A DNA stretch of 64,000 bases, taken from the NCBI GenBank assembly GCA_021296325.1, contig JAGWAR010000003.1:5796-69795 (forward strand), in the 5' to 3' direction. The DNA is from Alphaproteobacteria bacterium (GTDB taxonomy: Bacteria > Pseudomonadota > Alphaproteobacteria > GCA-2746255). The translations under genes were made by a program, and so were the position numbers. Below the pieces are notes generated by a model that was not told the DNA's origin, made no database searches, and was given only the letters and a program-made list of their open reading frames with translations. Positions 53,889 through 64,000 of this stretch are shown in pieces (the stretch's first letter is position 1; the number at the start of each line of letters is the position of its first letter).

Positions 53889-55028
53889 ATGAAGCGCCGT
53901 GACTTCCTGACTGGAGCCGGCGTGGGCCTCGCCGTTGGCGCGGCCGGCGCCTATGCCCTTGGCGGCGGCAAGCCCGCCGACGGACCGGGTGCGGATAGCG
54001 GACCGGCCGCGGGCCGCAAACGGGAAAGCCGTCAATGGAAGATGGTGACGTCCTGGCCGAAGAACATGCCTGGCCTTGGCGTTGGCGCCGAACGTTGCGC
54101 GGAACGCATCACGCGCCTGAGCGAAGGCGAGTTGACGGTCAAGGTCTTCGCGGCCGGCGAACTGGTGCCGGCGTTCGAATGCTTCGACTCGGTATCGCAA
54201 GGTGTCGCGGAACTGGCCCATACCGCCCCCTATTACTGGCAGGGAAAATCGAAGGCGGCGAATTTCTTTGCGTCGGTCCCCTTCGGGCTGACGGCGGCGG
54301 AACAGACGGGCTGGATCCGCTATGGCGGCGGGCAGGAACTCTGGGACGAGCTTTATGCAAAATTCAATCTAAAGGGGTTCATCGCCGGCAATTCGGGAAC
54401 GCAGATGGGCGGCTGGTTCAATCGCAAGATCCGTTCGATTCAGGACTTCAAGGGATTGAAAATGCGGATGCCTGGCCTTGGCGCGGAAGTCTTGCGCCGG
54501 GTGGGCGCGGCCGCCGTCAACATTTCCGGGACTGAACTTTTCGCCGCCCTTCAGACCGGCGCCATCGACGCGACGGAATGGATCGGCCCCTGGAACGACG
54601 TCGCTTTCGGGTTTCACAAGATCTCAAAATACTATTACGGCCCCGGATTCCACGAGCCCGGCACGACGTTGGAGCTGATGGTCAATCTCGAAAAGTACAA
54701 CGCGCTTCCGCAGCATCTGAAAGACATCATCGCCGCCGCCTGCCAGATGGAAAACGACGAGATGGTTGCGGAATACGCCGTACGCAACGCCATGGCCATG
54801 AAGACACTCAAGGAGGAGCACCAAGTCGAGGTCGAGCATTTCCCGGACGACGTCGTGAAGGCGCTTTGGAAAGCGGCGCAGGAAGTGCTTGCCGAGCTTG
54901 AGGGAGTCGACGACATCACCGGAAGGACCTATCGGTCCTTTACCAATTTCCGCAAATACGCCATGCAGTACGGGCCTTACGGAGAAGCGGGCTATCTGAG
55001 GATGCGGGAGCTGGGCGCCGCAGGTTAG
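53889..55028 (+). CDS. TRAP-transporter substrate-binding protein (DctP family), Tat signal; orphan (no adjacent permease genes)
   Basis: MKRRDFLTGAGVGLAVGAAGAYA twin-arginine signal, followed by a DctP-like domain. Confidence 0.75.
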   Translation: MKRRDFLTGAGVGLAVGAAGAYALGGGKPADGPGADSGPAAGRKRESRQWKMVTSWPKNMPGLGVGAERCAERITRLSEGELTVKVFAAGELVPAFECFDSVSQGVAELAHTAPYYWQGKSKAANFFASVPFGLTAAEQTGWIRYGGGQELWDELYAKFNLKGFIAGNSGTQMGGWFNRKIRSIQDFKGLKMRMPGLGAEVLRRVGAAAVNISGTELFAALQTGAIDATEWIGPWNDVAFGFHKISKYYYGPGFHEPGTTLELMVNLEKYNALPQHLKDIIAAACQMENDEMVAEYAVRNAMAMKTLKEEHQVEVEHFPDDVVKALWKAAQEVLAELEGVDDITGRTYRSFTNFRKYAMQYGPYGEAGYLRMRELGAAG

Positions 55029-55039
55029 CGGTTTCGTTT

Positions 55040-57262
55040 CTATTCAAACCGATTCGATTTCGCAAAGCCCTTCGGCACGATGCGGCCCGCGCCGCCGCGC
55101 TTGCCGATCCAGTCCTCGATTTCCGTTTCGGTGCGCGTGCGATCGCCGCTTCGCCAGCTCAAGCCTTCTTCCAGGGCGAAGGTCCTAGCATCCGAAAGCT
55201 CACCCTTCTGGTAGCGCTGGAGAATGTTGCCGCGTCCCCGTCCCATCTCGGGCAGGTCGTCCAGGGGAAAGATCAGCAATTTCCGGTTGGTGCCGACGAC
55301 GGCGACGTGATCGCCCCCGACGACGGCGCTGACGCGCGCGCTTGCGCCTTCGGCCAGGTTCAGCACCTGCTTGCCGGCGCGGGTCTGGGCGACGACGCTG
55401 CTTTCTTCAACGATGAAACCGCGCCCATCGGAGGAAACGACCAGGAGTTTCCGCCCTGGCTGGTGCACGAGAAGGGCCACGATGTCGTCCTCGTTGCCGA
55501 GATCGACCAGCAGGCGTACGGGTTCCCCATGGCCCCGGCCCCGCGGCAGCCGATCGGCAGCAAGCGTGTAGAAACGGCCGTTCGAAGCAAACAGCAATAG
55601 CTTTGACGTCGTTTCGGCGTGCACCTCGAATTTTGGGCGATCTCCTTCCTTGTACTTCACCCCGTTCTCACCCTCGAGATGGCCCTTCACGGCGCGGATC
55701 CATCCCTTCTCCGAGCAAAGCACGGTGATCGGCTCCTTCTCGATCATCGTCTCGAAGGTGAGATCGACGTCCTCGGGCGCCGTCTCGAACGTCGTCCGGC
55801 GGGCACCGAGGGGAGTCTTCTTCGAAAAGCGCTTGCGGATTTCCGCAATTTCGTCGGCAATCATTTTCCAACGCTTGTTCTTGTCCTTCAACAGGCCCTT
55901 CAGGGTGCGTTGCTCTTTCGTGAGAAGGTCGCATTCTTCCTGGATGCGTTTTTCCTCGAGCTTGCGAAGGGCACGCAGGCGCATGTTGAGGACGGCTTCC
56001 GCCTGAAGATCACTTAGCTTGAACGTCTTCATGAGGACGGGCTTCGGCTCGTCCTCCTTGCGGATGATGCGGATGACCTTGTCGAGATTTAGATAGACGA
56101 TGAGATAGCCTTTCAGAATCTCAAGGCGTTCCTCGATCTTGGCGAGACGAAATTTCGACCGTCGGCTAAGCACCTCGTGCCGATGATCGAGAAAGGCCTG
56201 CAGAATCTCCCGAAGGCTCATGACGCGCGGCACGCCCGCCGCCGTCAGCACGTTCAGGTTTAGCCCGATGCGCACTTCAAAGTCCGTCTGCCGGAAAAGC
56301 GACTCCATAAGCAGGGCCGGATCGACGTTGCGGTTGCGGGGTTCCAGGACGAGGCGAATGTTTTCCGTCGATTCGTCGTGGATGTCCTCGAGCATCGGCA
56401 ATTTCTTCGCCTGGAGGAGATCGGCGACTTTCTGGATGAGGCGCGCCTTCGGCACCTGATAGGGGATTTCCGTCACCACGACCTGATAGGTGCCGCGGCC
56501 CAGATCCTCGACTTGCCAGCGGGCACGCAGACGTACGCTGCCTCGACCGGTGCGATAGGCCTCAAGCAGATTGGCGGGTTCCTCGACGATGACACCCCCC
56601 GAAGGAAAATCGGGGCCCGGCATGAGTTCCAGCAGTTTCGGAATCGTCGCCTTGGGAAAACGGATCAGGTGCAGCAGCGCGGCGGCAATTTCGTCGCCAT
56701 TGTGGGGCGGAATGTTCGTCGCCATGCCGACGGCGATGCCGGCCGCCCCGTTTGCCAGAAGATTCGGGAAATTCGCCGGCAGCACGAGCGGCTCGACCGC
56801 CTCGCCGTCATAGGTCGTGCGAAAATCGACGGCATCCTCGTCGATCCCTTCGAGAAGAAGGCTTGCGACTTCCGTAAGCTTTGCCTCCGTGTAGCGCATG
56901 GCGGCGGCGTTATCGCCGTCCACGTTCCCGAAATTGCCCTGACCGTCGACGAGCGGATAACGCACGGCGAAGGATTGGGCGAGACGCACCAGCGTATCGT
57001 AAACGGCGGTGTCGCCATGGGGGTGGTACTTGCCGATGACGTCGCCGACGACGCGGGCGCATTTCTTGTAGCCGGCCTTGGGATCGAGGTGCAGCTCGCG
57101 CATCGCATAGAGGAGCCGCCGGTGGACAGGCTTCAGCCCGTCCCGCACGTCCGGCAGCGAGCGCGCCGTGATGGTGGACAGGGCATAGGCCAGATAGCGT
57201 TCGCCGAGGGCCTCGGCAAAGCCAACGTCGCGGATTTCAGGGGCGCCGGCGGTTTTTCGCAT
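55040..57262 (-). CDS. parC: DNA topoisomerase IV subunit A
   Basis: 740 aa; GyrA/ParC N-terminal breakage-reunion domain with the active-site Tyr region. Length and short C-terminal domain fit ParC better than GyrA. Confidence 0.8.
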   Translation of the reverse strand: MRKTAGAPEIRDVGFAEALGERYLAYALSTITARSLPDVRDGLKPVHRRLLYAMRELHLDPKAGYKKCARVVGDVIGKYHPHGDTAVYDTLVRLAQSFAVRYPLVDGQGNFGNVDGDNAAAMRYTEAKLTEVASLLLEGIDEDAVDFRTTYDGEAVEPLVLPANFPNLLANGAAGIAVGMATNIPPHNGDEIAAALLHLIRFPKATIPKLLELMPGPDFPSGGVIVEEPANLLEAYRTGRGSVRLRARWQVEDLGRGTYQVVVTEIPYQVPKARLIQKVADLLQAKKLPMLEDIHDESTENIRLVLEPRNRNVDPALLMESLFRQTDFEVRIGLNLNVLTAAGVPRVMSLREILQAFLDHRHEVLSRRSKFRLAKIEERLEILKGYLIVYLNLDKVIRIIRKEDEPKPVLMKTFKLSDLQAEAVLNMRLRALRKLEEKRIQEECDLLTKEQRTLKGLLKDKNKRWKMIADEIAEIRKRFSKKTPLGARRTTFETAPEDVDLTFETMIEKEPITVLCSEKGWIRAVKGHLEGENGVKYKEGDRPKFEVHAETTSKLLLFASNGRFYTLAADRLPRGRGHGEPVRLLVDLGNEDDIVALLVHQPGRKLLVVSSDGRGFIVEESSVVAQTRAGKQVLNLAEGASARVSAVVGGDHVAVVGTNRKLLIFPLDDLPEMGRGRGNILQRYQKGELSDARTFALEEGLSWRSGDRTRTETEIEDWIGKRGGAGRIVPKGFAKSNRFE

Positions 57263-57282
57263 TGCCGCCTTTGTACACTAGG

Positions 57283-58005
57283 TCATGTGGTCTTTTCCAG
57301 CATACACCCCATAAATCGTGTCCGGGCGGGCGGTTCGCCCTCCTTTCGGGAAGCGAAGATGTGGCGGTCCAGGAAGTGGCCGGTGAGCCGGAGCCCGTCC
57401 CGGATGGCCGCCGTGTCCCAGGCGGCGTCCCGAATCAGGAAGGCCGGCAAGGGCAACAGGCGGTCGGCATAGGGTGCGCCCGCCCCGGCCGAAACGGCGC
57501 GACCGGTTCTCGGCGAGACGTATAGAAGGTCCGTTTCGCTGCCCGTCGCCGCGCAGGCGGCAAGATCCAGCCCGTAACCGAGTTCGGCCAGCAACAGCAA
57601 TTCCCAACGCACATAGGCGGAAGGCCAGTTCGATGCGTCAAGGACGGCGAGAAAACCCAGAAAGCCCCGATAGGCGGCGGCGTGGGGTTCGCGTTCCGGA
57701 AGCGAGGCGTTGGCGACCGCGCAAGCCGAGGTCAGGGCGGCCAGACGCAGGGCATCGTCAAGGGCGGTGCCGGCGAAGCTGCGGACAAGCTCGCAGGTAA
57801 AGCTGCCGAGGTGTTCGCTCAAGCGCGCCCGCCAGCGCGCCCGCACCAGGTTTCCCGGCTGGTAGATGCCGCGCACGCGCCGGCCGTTGCCGCCATGCAC
57901 GATGCCCAGATGCCGGCCGTGTTCGTGCGTGAAAAGCGTCACGATGGTGTCGTTCTCGCCATGCTTGCGCAGACCGAGCACGATGCCATCATCCGTCCAG
58001 TCCAT
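57283..58005 (-). CDS. recO: DNA repair protein RecO
   Basis: MDWTDDGIVLGLRKHGENDTIVTLFT.. is the RecO N-terminal OB-fold pattern. Confidence 0.8.
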   Translation of the reverse strand: MDWTDDGIVLGLRKHGENDTIVTLFTHEHGRHLGIVHGGNGRRVRGIYQPGNLVRARWRARLSEHLGSFTCELVRSFAGTALDDALRLAALTSACAVANASLPEREPHAAAYRGFLGFLAVLDASNWPSAYVRWELLLLAELGYGLDLAACAATGSETDLLYVSPRTGRAVSAGAGAPYADRLLPLPAFLIRDAAWDTAAIRDGLRLTGHFLDRHIFASRKEGEPPARTRFMGCMLEKTT

Positions 58006-58007
58006 GA

Positions 58008-58913
58008 TCAGGCCCGGTAGTCGAGGCCAAGGTCGCGGTAGTGTTCCGGATTCTCGAGCCAGTCCTTCCGCACCTTGACGTGAAGAAAGAGATGAACGCG
58101 CGTGCCGAAAAGGCCTTCCAGCTCATGCCGCGCCGCCGAACCGATGTCCTTGATGCGGCTACCGCCCTCGCCCAGCACGATGGCCTTCTGGCTGGCGCGC
58201 TGGACCAGGATAATCTGTTCGATCCGGATGTCTCCGCCTTCGCGTTCCTTGAAACTTTCCGTCGTCACGGCAAGGGCATAGGGAAGTTCCTGACGAAGTT
58301 GGAGAAACAGTTTCTCGCGGGTGATTTCGGCCGCCAGCAGGCGTGCGGGAAGATCGGAAATCTGGTCTTCCGGAAACAGCCAGGGCCCCGCCGGCGCCAA
58401 CTGGGCGAGATGGCCGAGCAAATCCTCAACCCCGTCCCCGTCCAGCGCCGAGATCATGAAGGTTTTCGCAAAAAGGCCGCTGTCGTTGAGCGTCGCTGAA
58501 AGGCCGAGAAGTTTTTCCCGTTTGATGCGGTCGATTTTGTTGATGGCCAGAACGGCGCTTCGCCCGGCGCTTTTCAAGCCTTCGAGAATGCGTCTCGTCT
58601 CTTTCGAGATGCCCTGTTCGGCATCCACCAGAAGAAGAATCGCATCGGCATCGGCCGCCCCGCTCCAGGCGGCTGCCACCATGGCGCGGTCGAGCCGCCG
58701 CTTCGGTTCAAAGATGCCGGGCGTGTCCACGAAGACGAGCTGGGAGGCTCCTTCGATGCGGATGCCCCGGACCAGGCTACGCGTCGTCTGAACCTTTGGG
58801 GTCACGATCGTGACCTTGGTACCGACGAAGCGGTTGATCAGCGTCGATTTGCCAACGTTCGGCGCGCCGAGGACGGCGATGAAGGCAAAGGACCGCTCCG
58901 TCTCATTCGTCAT
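58008..58913 (-). CDS. era: GTPase Era
   Basis: ..FIAVLGAPNVGKSTLINRFVG.. G1 motif, DTPG, and C-terminal KH domain. Start at MTNETERS. Confidence 0.9.
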   Translation of the reverse strand: MTNETERSFAFIAVLGAPNVGKSTLINRFVGTKVTIVTPKVQTTRSLVRGIRIEGASQLVFVDTPGIFEPKRRLDRAMVAAAWSGAADADAILLLVDAEQGISKETRRILEGLKSAGRSAVLAINKIDRIKREKLLGLSATLNDSGLFAKTFMISALDGDGVEDLLGHLAQLAPAGPWLFPEDQISDLPARLLAAEITREKLFLQLRQELPYALAVTTESFKEREGGDIRIEQIILVQRASQKAIVLGEGGSRIKDIGSAARHELEGLFGTRVHLFLHVKVRKDWLENPEHYRDLGLDYRA

Positions 58914-59586
58914 GCCCGGCCTCTTCGATCCTGAGCAGCATGGCGGCGGCGGCTTCCGTCTCGGCGGCACGTTTCGTGGGCCCGCTGGCGCTCAAGGATG
59001 GAAAGCCCTCGATGGCGACCTCGACGGTGAAGGTCGGCCGATGGTCCGGCCCCGTCCGTTCGACGGTCTGATAGGCCGGCAGCGCCAATCCGCGGGCTTG
59101 CGCCCATTCCTGCAGGCGGGTCTTTGAATCCTGGGGCGGGGCGGTCATGTCCCCGATTACGGCCTGCCAGTTCCGTTCGATGAACCGCCGGGCCGCCGGC
59201 AGACCCCCGTCCAGATAGATGGCGGCGATGACGGCCTCGAGCGAGTCGGCCAGGCGCGAGGGGTGGTCACGCTCCTCGCCTTCCAGAAGGTTGAGGTGAG
59301 CCGCAAGGCCGATCTTGTCGGCGATGTCGATCAGCGTCTCCCGGCGGACCAAGGCCGTATGACGCTTGGCGAGCGCGCCTTCCGGCTCGGCGGGAAAGCG
59401 GCGCAACAGCCAATCGGCGATGACCAGACCCAGCACCCGGTCGCCCAGGAATTCAAGCCGTTCGTAATCCGGGCCGGCCGTATCGCCGCCCGGATGGGTG
59501 AGCGCCTCTTCCAGCAATGCCGGGTCGGCAAAGGCGTGATCGAGCGTCTTCATCAGACCGGTCAGCGAAGCAACGGCCTCCGTCAT
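58903..59586 (-). CDS. rnc: Ribonuclease III
   Basis: ..ERLEFLGDRVLGLVIADWL.. RNase III signature and dsRBD. The ATG overlaps the lepB stop (TGATG). Confidence 0.9.
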   Translation of the reverse strand: MTEAVASLTGLMKTLDHAFADPALLEEALTHPGGDTAGPDYERLEFLGDRVLGLVIADWLLRRFPAEPEGALAKRHTALVRRETLIDIADKIGLAAHLNLLEGEERDHPSRLADSLEAVIAAIYLDGGLPAARRFIERNWQAVIGDMTAPPQDSKTRLQEWAQARGLALPAYQTVERTGPDHRPTFTVEVAIEGFPSLSASGPTKRAAETEAAAAMLLRIEEAGHDE

Positions 59587-60341
59587 CACTGAACCGCTTG
59601 GAAAAAACGGCGAAAGCGAATCGCCACCGGCCATTTCCAGACTTCCCAGATTCGCGTGCCGCCATTGACCGAAAAGAACAGAACTTCCGCACGGCCGACG
59701 AGGTTGTCCTTCGGAATGAATCCGACACCGTGCTTGGCGCGGCTGTCGAGGGAATTGTCCCGGTTATCGCCCATCGCAAAATAATGATGGGGGGGGACTT
59801 TGTAGACCGGTGTGTTGTCGAGCTGTCCTTCGTCCGACGCCTCGATGATCCGATGGCGGCGCCCGTTCGGAAGCGTTTCGATATATTGCTGAATCGATCT
59901 CGGTGACCTATGGGAATTCTGCATCGTGAAATCCTCAATGGATTCGCGCTGCACGATTTCGCCGTTGATGTAGAGCCGGCCCTCCTTCATCTGAATTTCG
60001 TCACCCGGAAGGCCGATGATCCGCTTGATGTAATCCGTGCGATTGTCGGAGGGCAACTTGAAGACAGCGACGTCTCCGCGTTCCGGAATCGTGTAGAAAA
60101 TCCGATCCGCAATCAACGGCAAGCCGAACGGCAGGGAATAACGGCTGTAGCCATAGGAATATTTTGAAACAAACAGGTAATCGCCGACCAGAAGCGTCGG
60201 CACCATCGAGCTGGATGGAATGTTAAAGGGCTCGTAAGCAACCGTGCGCGCAACAAGCGCGATCAGAATAGCGTAAATGATGGTGCGGACCGTATCCCAC
60301 AATCCTCCCCTGCTTCTCGCATACATATATTGTCTCGGCAT
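59586..60341 (-). CDS. lepB: Signal peptidase I
   Basis: ..SSSMVPTLLVGDYLFVSK.. (catalytic Ser box) and ..GDNRDNSLDSR.. Confidence 0.9.
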   Translation of the reverse strand: MPRQYMYARSRGGLWDTVRTIIYAILIALVARTVAYEPFNIPSSSMVPTLLVGDYLFVSKYSYGYSRYSLPFGLPLIADRIFYTIPERGDVAVFKLPSDNRTDYIKRIIGLPGDEIQMKEGRLYINGEIVQRESIEDFTMQNSHRSPRSIQQYIETLPNGRRHRIIEASDEGQLDNTPVYKVPPHHYFAMGDNRDNSLDSRAKHGVGFIPKDNLVGRAEVLFFSVNGGTRIWEVWKWPVAIRFRRFFQAVQ

Positions 60342-60361
60342 CTGGTCCGCCTGAAAGTCGT

Positions 60362-60769
60362 TTAGTTTTTCGCTGCAACGGCATGGATGATGACGCTGGC
60401 CTGGGCGTAAGGGTACTCGTCACTCAAGGAGACTTCCACTCTGGCCGACATGCCTGGCGGCGTGATTTCCACCATGCGCTGGGCCGCACCACCGGTAAGC
60501 TCGATCGTTGGCTTGCCGGAGACGTCGTTCACGACCCCCATGTCACGCCAGAAGACGCCTTTGCGCAGACCCGTGCCAAGCGCCTTCGAACAGGCCTCCT
60601 TGGCGGCAAAGCGTTTTGCGTAGGTGGCGGCCAGCGTCAGGGGCCGGTGGGCTGCCTTTTCGCGTTCGACCTGCGTAAAGAGGCGATTGGTGAAACGATC
60701 GCCGAATCGTTCGAGGGTATGCTCGACCCGGCGGATATCGATCAGATCACTTCCAAAGCCGATGATCAT
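60362..60769 (-). CDS. acpS: Holo-[acyl-carrier-protein] synthase
   Basis: [28 protein letters not shown].. is 135 aa. The track ORF is artificially extended upstream through pdxJ. Confidence 0.85.
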   Translation of the reverse strand: MIIGFGSDLIDIRRVEHTLERFGDRFTNRLFTQVEREKAAHRPLTLAATYAKRFAAKEACSKALGTGLRKGVFWRDMGVVNDVSGKPTIELTGGAAQRMVEITPPGMSARVEVSLSDEYPYAQASVIIHAVAAKN

Positions 60770-61533
60770 GCGGAGCCTCGCTGCGTTGTTTTTTGCAAAG
60801 GGCCGTTCCGGGCATCGTCCATCAGGGCCCGCATGGTTTGAACGCTTGCCCCCAGACCGACGAATACGCCCTCGCCCACCAGAAAATGGCCGATGTTCAA
60901 TTCGCAAACTTCCGGAATGGCGGCGACGGGCGCCACCGTATCGAAGGAAAGACCGTGGCCGGCATGACATTCGAGGCCAAGACCGACGGCGCGTTCCGCC
61001 GCCTCGACCAGACGGTGCAGTTCTTCCGTGCGGGCCTCGCCCTCGGCGTTGCAATAACGTCCAGTGTGCAATTCGACCGCGAAGGCACCAAGGGCACGTG
61101 CCGCTTCGACTTGCGCGCGTTCCGGATCGATAAAAATGGCCACCTCGATTCCGATGGCCATCATCGCCTCGACGTAAGGGGCCAGGTGATGCTTTTCGGC
61201 TACCGCATCGAGGCCGCCTTCCGTCGTCAATTCCTGGCGCTTCTCCGGGACCAGGCAAACCGCGTGCGGCCGGTTGGCAAGGGTCACTTCCAGCATTTCG
61301 GGCGTCGCCGCCATTTCAAGGTTGAGCGGCAAGACCCCTTCCCGGGCAAGCGCCACGATGTCGGCGTCCTGGATGTGGCGGCGATCTTCGCGAAGATGGG
61401 CCGTGATGCTGTCGGCGCCGGCCTTGGCGGCGATGGCGGCTGCCCGCAGGGGATCCGGATGCCGGCCACCGCGGGCGTTTCGCAAGGTCGCCACGTGATC
61501 GATGTTGATGCCGAGGCGCAGCCGTTCAGTCAT
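60766..61533 (-). CDS. pdxJ: Pyridoxine 5'-phosphate synthase
   Basis: [32 protein letters not shown].. ATG at 61533. Confidence 0.9.
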   Translation of the reverse strand: MTERLRLGINIDHVATLRNARGGRHPDPLRAAAIAAKAGADSITAHLREDRRHIQDADIVALAREGVLPLNLEMAATPEMLEVTLANRPHAVCLVPEKRQELTTEGGLDAVAEKHHLAPYVEAMMAIGIEVAIFIDPERAQVEAARALGAFAVELHTGRYCNAEGEARTEELHRLVEAAERAVGLGLECHAGHGLSFDTVAPVAAIPEVCELNIGHFLVGEGVFVGLGASVQTMRALMDDARNGPLQKTTQRGSA

Positions 61534-62107
61534 CGGATTGGGTTTCCTTCCCGGCGGCGGTACGCATCGCACGACGCACCTTGCCTTCCTCGCGCCGGCG
61601 GTGACGATGGTGCTGATAGCCTGTGACGACGGCCTTGATCGGCCAGTAGAAAGCGCACCATGCAACAAGTGCCGTCGGAATGCCACCTACCGTCATCGGC
61701 CAGAGCAGCCAATCCGGATGATCAAAAATCATCTGGAGCGAAAGGTGTTCCGGGGCGTCCTTGTGGGGACCAAGCTGCAGAATCCAGTTGCCGAATTCGT
61801 AGATCCAGACCCAGATGAGCGGAAAGGTCCACGGATTGCCGATAGCGGTGCCGATGGCCGAGGCAAGCAGGTTGCCGCCGATCAGCCAGGCAATCAAGGC
61901 GGCGGACGCAAAGTGAAATCCCATAAAAGGCGTAAAGGAAATTGCCGCTCCGCACGCGAAGCCCGCCGCAATGCTGTAGGGGGGCGCGGGCAGCCGGCCA
62001 ACCCGGTGAAAAATGTAGCGCGACGCGCGACGCCAGCCGGACCGCGGCCAGACCACGTTGCGCAAGAAGAGGATGGGATGCGGTTTTTTTCGGCGTTTGA
62101 AGAGCAT
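61526..62107 (-). CDS. DUF2062-family membrane protein
   Basis: 193 aa, 3-4 TM. ..AAGFACGAAISFTPFMGFHFASAALIAWLIGGN.. matches DUF2062. Confidence 0.6.
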   Translation of the reverse strand: MLFKRRKKPHPILFLRNVVWPRSGWRRASRYIFHRVGRLPAPPYSIAAGFACGAAISFTPFMGFHFASAALIAWLIGGNLLASAIGTAIGNPWTFPLIWVWIYEFGNWILQLGPHKDAPEHLSLQMIFDHPDWLLWPMTVGGIPTALVAWCAFYWPIKAVVTGYQHHRHRRREEGKVRRAMRTAAGKETQSDD

Positions 62108-62169
62108 CGTATACCGTTAACGCCTATACAGACCTTGAAGAAAACGGATCAACCTGTCGTTTCCTTTGA

Positions 62170-64000
62170 TTAGCCACGTGCTCGCTCGACCGAATTGATT
62201 ACCGGGGACGCGCGAAGGGCGGCAATGATACTGGTCAGATGTTTTGCGTCCTGTACGTCGATGTCAATCACCAGTTCGAAGAAGTCCGTCGCGCGATTGG
62301 TGATCCGCAAATTGTTGATGTTGGCATCGTTGTTCGCGATCACGGTCGACAGATTGCCAAGCGTGCCCGGTTCGTTCAAGACGACCAGCCGCACCCTGCC
62401 AACGTGGCCCGCCGTCTCCTCGGCCCCCTCGTCCCAGGAAACGTCCAGCCAGCTGTTCTTTAACTCGTTGAAAGACGGCAGAATTTCACAATCGATCGTA
62501 TGGATGGTGACCCCCTTTCCCTTCGTCACGATGCCGACGATCCGGTCACCGGGAAGCGGGCTACAACAACCGGCGTAATGTACCGCCATCCCGGGGATGA
62601 GGCCACGGATCGGGATGGGGTTTTCGGGCGCCTTCTTTTTGCGTTTCCGCCGGCTGATCGAAATGACGCCCCCGGTGCGGAACCGGGACGTCTTGCCTGG
62701 AAAAACCGCCTTGAAAATTTCTTCGGCCGTGTAGCGACCTTCCCCAATTGCGGCGTAAAGGTCGTCAGTCGTCTCGCAATGAAAGCTCTTGCAGACGTCT
62801 TCCAGGATTTTTTCGCTAAGCTCGCCCCCCTCGTTTTGAACCGTGCGCTCAAGAATGGCCTTGCCCAGCTGGATATACTGGCCCCGCTGCTTCAGGCGCA
62901 CGAAGCGGCGTATGCACATGCGCGCCTTGCCGGTGACGATGAAGCGTTCCCACGTCGGCGAGGGCGTTTGCGCCTTCGACGTAATGATTTCGACCTGGTC
63001 GCCGTTGTGAAGCTGGCTTTGCAGCGGCAGCATGCGCCCGTTTACCTTCGCGCCGACGCAGGTGTTGCCGATTTCCGAATGGACGGCATAGGCAAAATCA
63101 ACCGGCGTGGCGCCGCGGGGCAGCGCAATCAGGTCGCCCTTCGGCGTAAAGCAGAACACCTGGTCCTGGAACATCCCGAGCTTCGTCTCTTCAAGGAATT
63201 CCGCCGGGTCGGAGGCGTTTTCCAGCAATTCGAGCAGTTCACGCAACCAGCGATACTGGCGGCCATCCATCGCACTGGCCGGCTGGTCCTTGTACTGCCA
63301 ATGGGCGGCGACGCCGCGCTCGGCAATGTCCTGCATGCTGCGGGTGCGAATCTGTATTTCGACCCGCTGCCGCTCGGGTCCGATAACGTCAGTGTGCAGC
63401 GAGCGGTAGCCGTTCGGTTTGGGCGTACTGATATAGTCCTTGAAACGACCCGGCACCATCCGGTAGCGCCGGTGCAGGATGCCAAGGGCGCGATAGCATT
63501 CCTCGATGTTCGCGACGACAACGCGGAACGCCATCACATCCGATAATTGTTCGAAGCTGATGTTCTTGCGCTCCATCTTCTGCCAGATGGAGTAGCATTT
63601 CTTTTCGCGCCCCGAGACGGCGGCCTGGACGCCGCCCTCTTTCAGGGTTTCGGAAAGCTCCTGAAGGATGATAGGAATCTTCGCCCCACCCTCCTGACGC
63701 AGATAGCTAAGCCGGGCCAGCACGGAGTTTCTGGCATCCGCGTTCAATTCCGCAAAGGCCAGATCCTCCAGCTCGGCCTTCATTTCCTGAAGGCCGATTC
63801 GATTGGCCAGCGGCGCGTAGATATCCATCGTTTCCCGCGCGATACGCCGGCGTTTTTCCGGGTCCTGGATGTAGTGAAGCGTGCGCATGTTGTGCAGGCG
63901 GTCGGCAAGCTTCACAAGCAGAACACGAATGTCATCCGACATTGCCAGCACGAGCTTGCGAAAGTTTTCCGCCTGCTGCGTGCGGGTGGATTGCAGCTCG
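62170..64000 (-). CDS. Bifunctional (p)ppGpp synthetase/hydrolase RelA/SpoT, C-terminal ~600 aa (gene continues beyond window end)
   Basis: Synthetase-domain, TGS and ACT regions present. The ORF runs off the right edge. Confidence 0.85.
   Translation of the reverse strand, partial: ELQSTRTQQAENFRKLVLAMSDDIRVLLVKLADRLHNMRTLHYIQDPEKRRRIARETMDIYAPLANRIGLQEMKAELEDLAFAELNADARNSVLARLSYLRQEGGAKIPIILQELSETLKEGGVQAAVSGREKKCYSIWQKMERKNISFEQLSDVMAFRVVVANIEECYRALGILHRRYRMVPGRFKDYISTPKPNGYRSLHTDVIGPERQRVEIQIRTRSMQDIAERGVAAHWQYKDQPASAMDGRQYRWLRELLELLENASDPAEFLEETKLGMFQDQVFCFTPKGDLIALPRGATPVDFAYAVHSEIGNTCVGAKVNGRMLPLQSQLHNGDQVEIITSKAQTPSPTWERFIVTGKARMCIRRFVRLKQRGQYIQLGKAILERTVQNEGGELSEKILEDVCKSFHCETTDDLYAAIGEGRYTAEEIFKAVFPGKTSRFRTGGVISISRRKRKKKAPENPIPIRGLIPGMAVHYAGCCSPLPGDRIVGIVTKGKGVTIHTIDCEILPSFNELKNSWLDVSWDEGAEETAGHVGRVRLVVLNEPGTLGNLSTVIANNDANINNLRITNRATDFFELVIDIDVQDAKHLTSIIAALRASPVINSVERARG

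Noticed and set aside
60770-61258. Upstream extension of the acpS ORF to 298 aa
   Set aside because: AcpS homology covers only the last 135 codons. The extension is the out-of-frame shadow of pdxJ.

Overview
High-GC (~63-64%) alphaproteobacterial chromosomal segment, Rhodospirillales-like in gene content (H+-pyrophosphatase, PhaC, IcmF, MucR/Ros, CtrA-type housekeeping neighbourhoods). About 50 kb is conserved core: rplM-rpsI, argC, phaC, hom, glpX, recJ, yceD-rpmF-plsX-fabH-ihfA, bamE, hppA, a TPP-riboswitch-controlled thiC, a long co-directional thiL-nusB-ribH-ribBA-ribE-ribD-nrdR-glyA-rpiB block, icmF, hemB, parC-recO-era-rnc-lepB-acpS-pdxJ, and a relA/spoT fragment at the right edge. The left ~10 kb (about 0.5-9.9 kb), bounded by the 3' end of tRNA-Glu, looks accessory. 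It holds a cobalamin-riboswitch-led TonB receptor, a lower-GC lipoprotein, a GDCCVxC Cys-rich mini-protein and, most notably, a tandem array of three paralogous long pentapeptide-repeat proteins (PRPs). Each PRP carries conserved non-repeat helical motifs; two of the three copies are disrupted (one in-frame amber stop, one 17-nt deletion frameshift). A glycerophosphodiester phosphodiesterase and an RsbW-like kinase translationally coupled to a sensor-less GGDEF-EAL protein follow. A second, smaller islet sits beside tRNA-Pro: two hypotheticals, a heptosyltransferase, CutA, and a Met/His-rich outer-membrane barrel with a small exported Cys protein (a candidate copper module). ihfA appears fused in-frame to the downstream MerR-family gene. 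No CRISPR array, transposase, integrase or obvious defence or toxin genes were seen. ORF-track starts include GTG/TTG; several starts were re-placed by homology and RBS.
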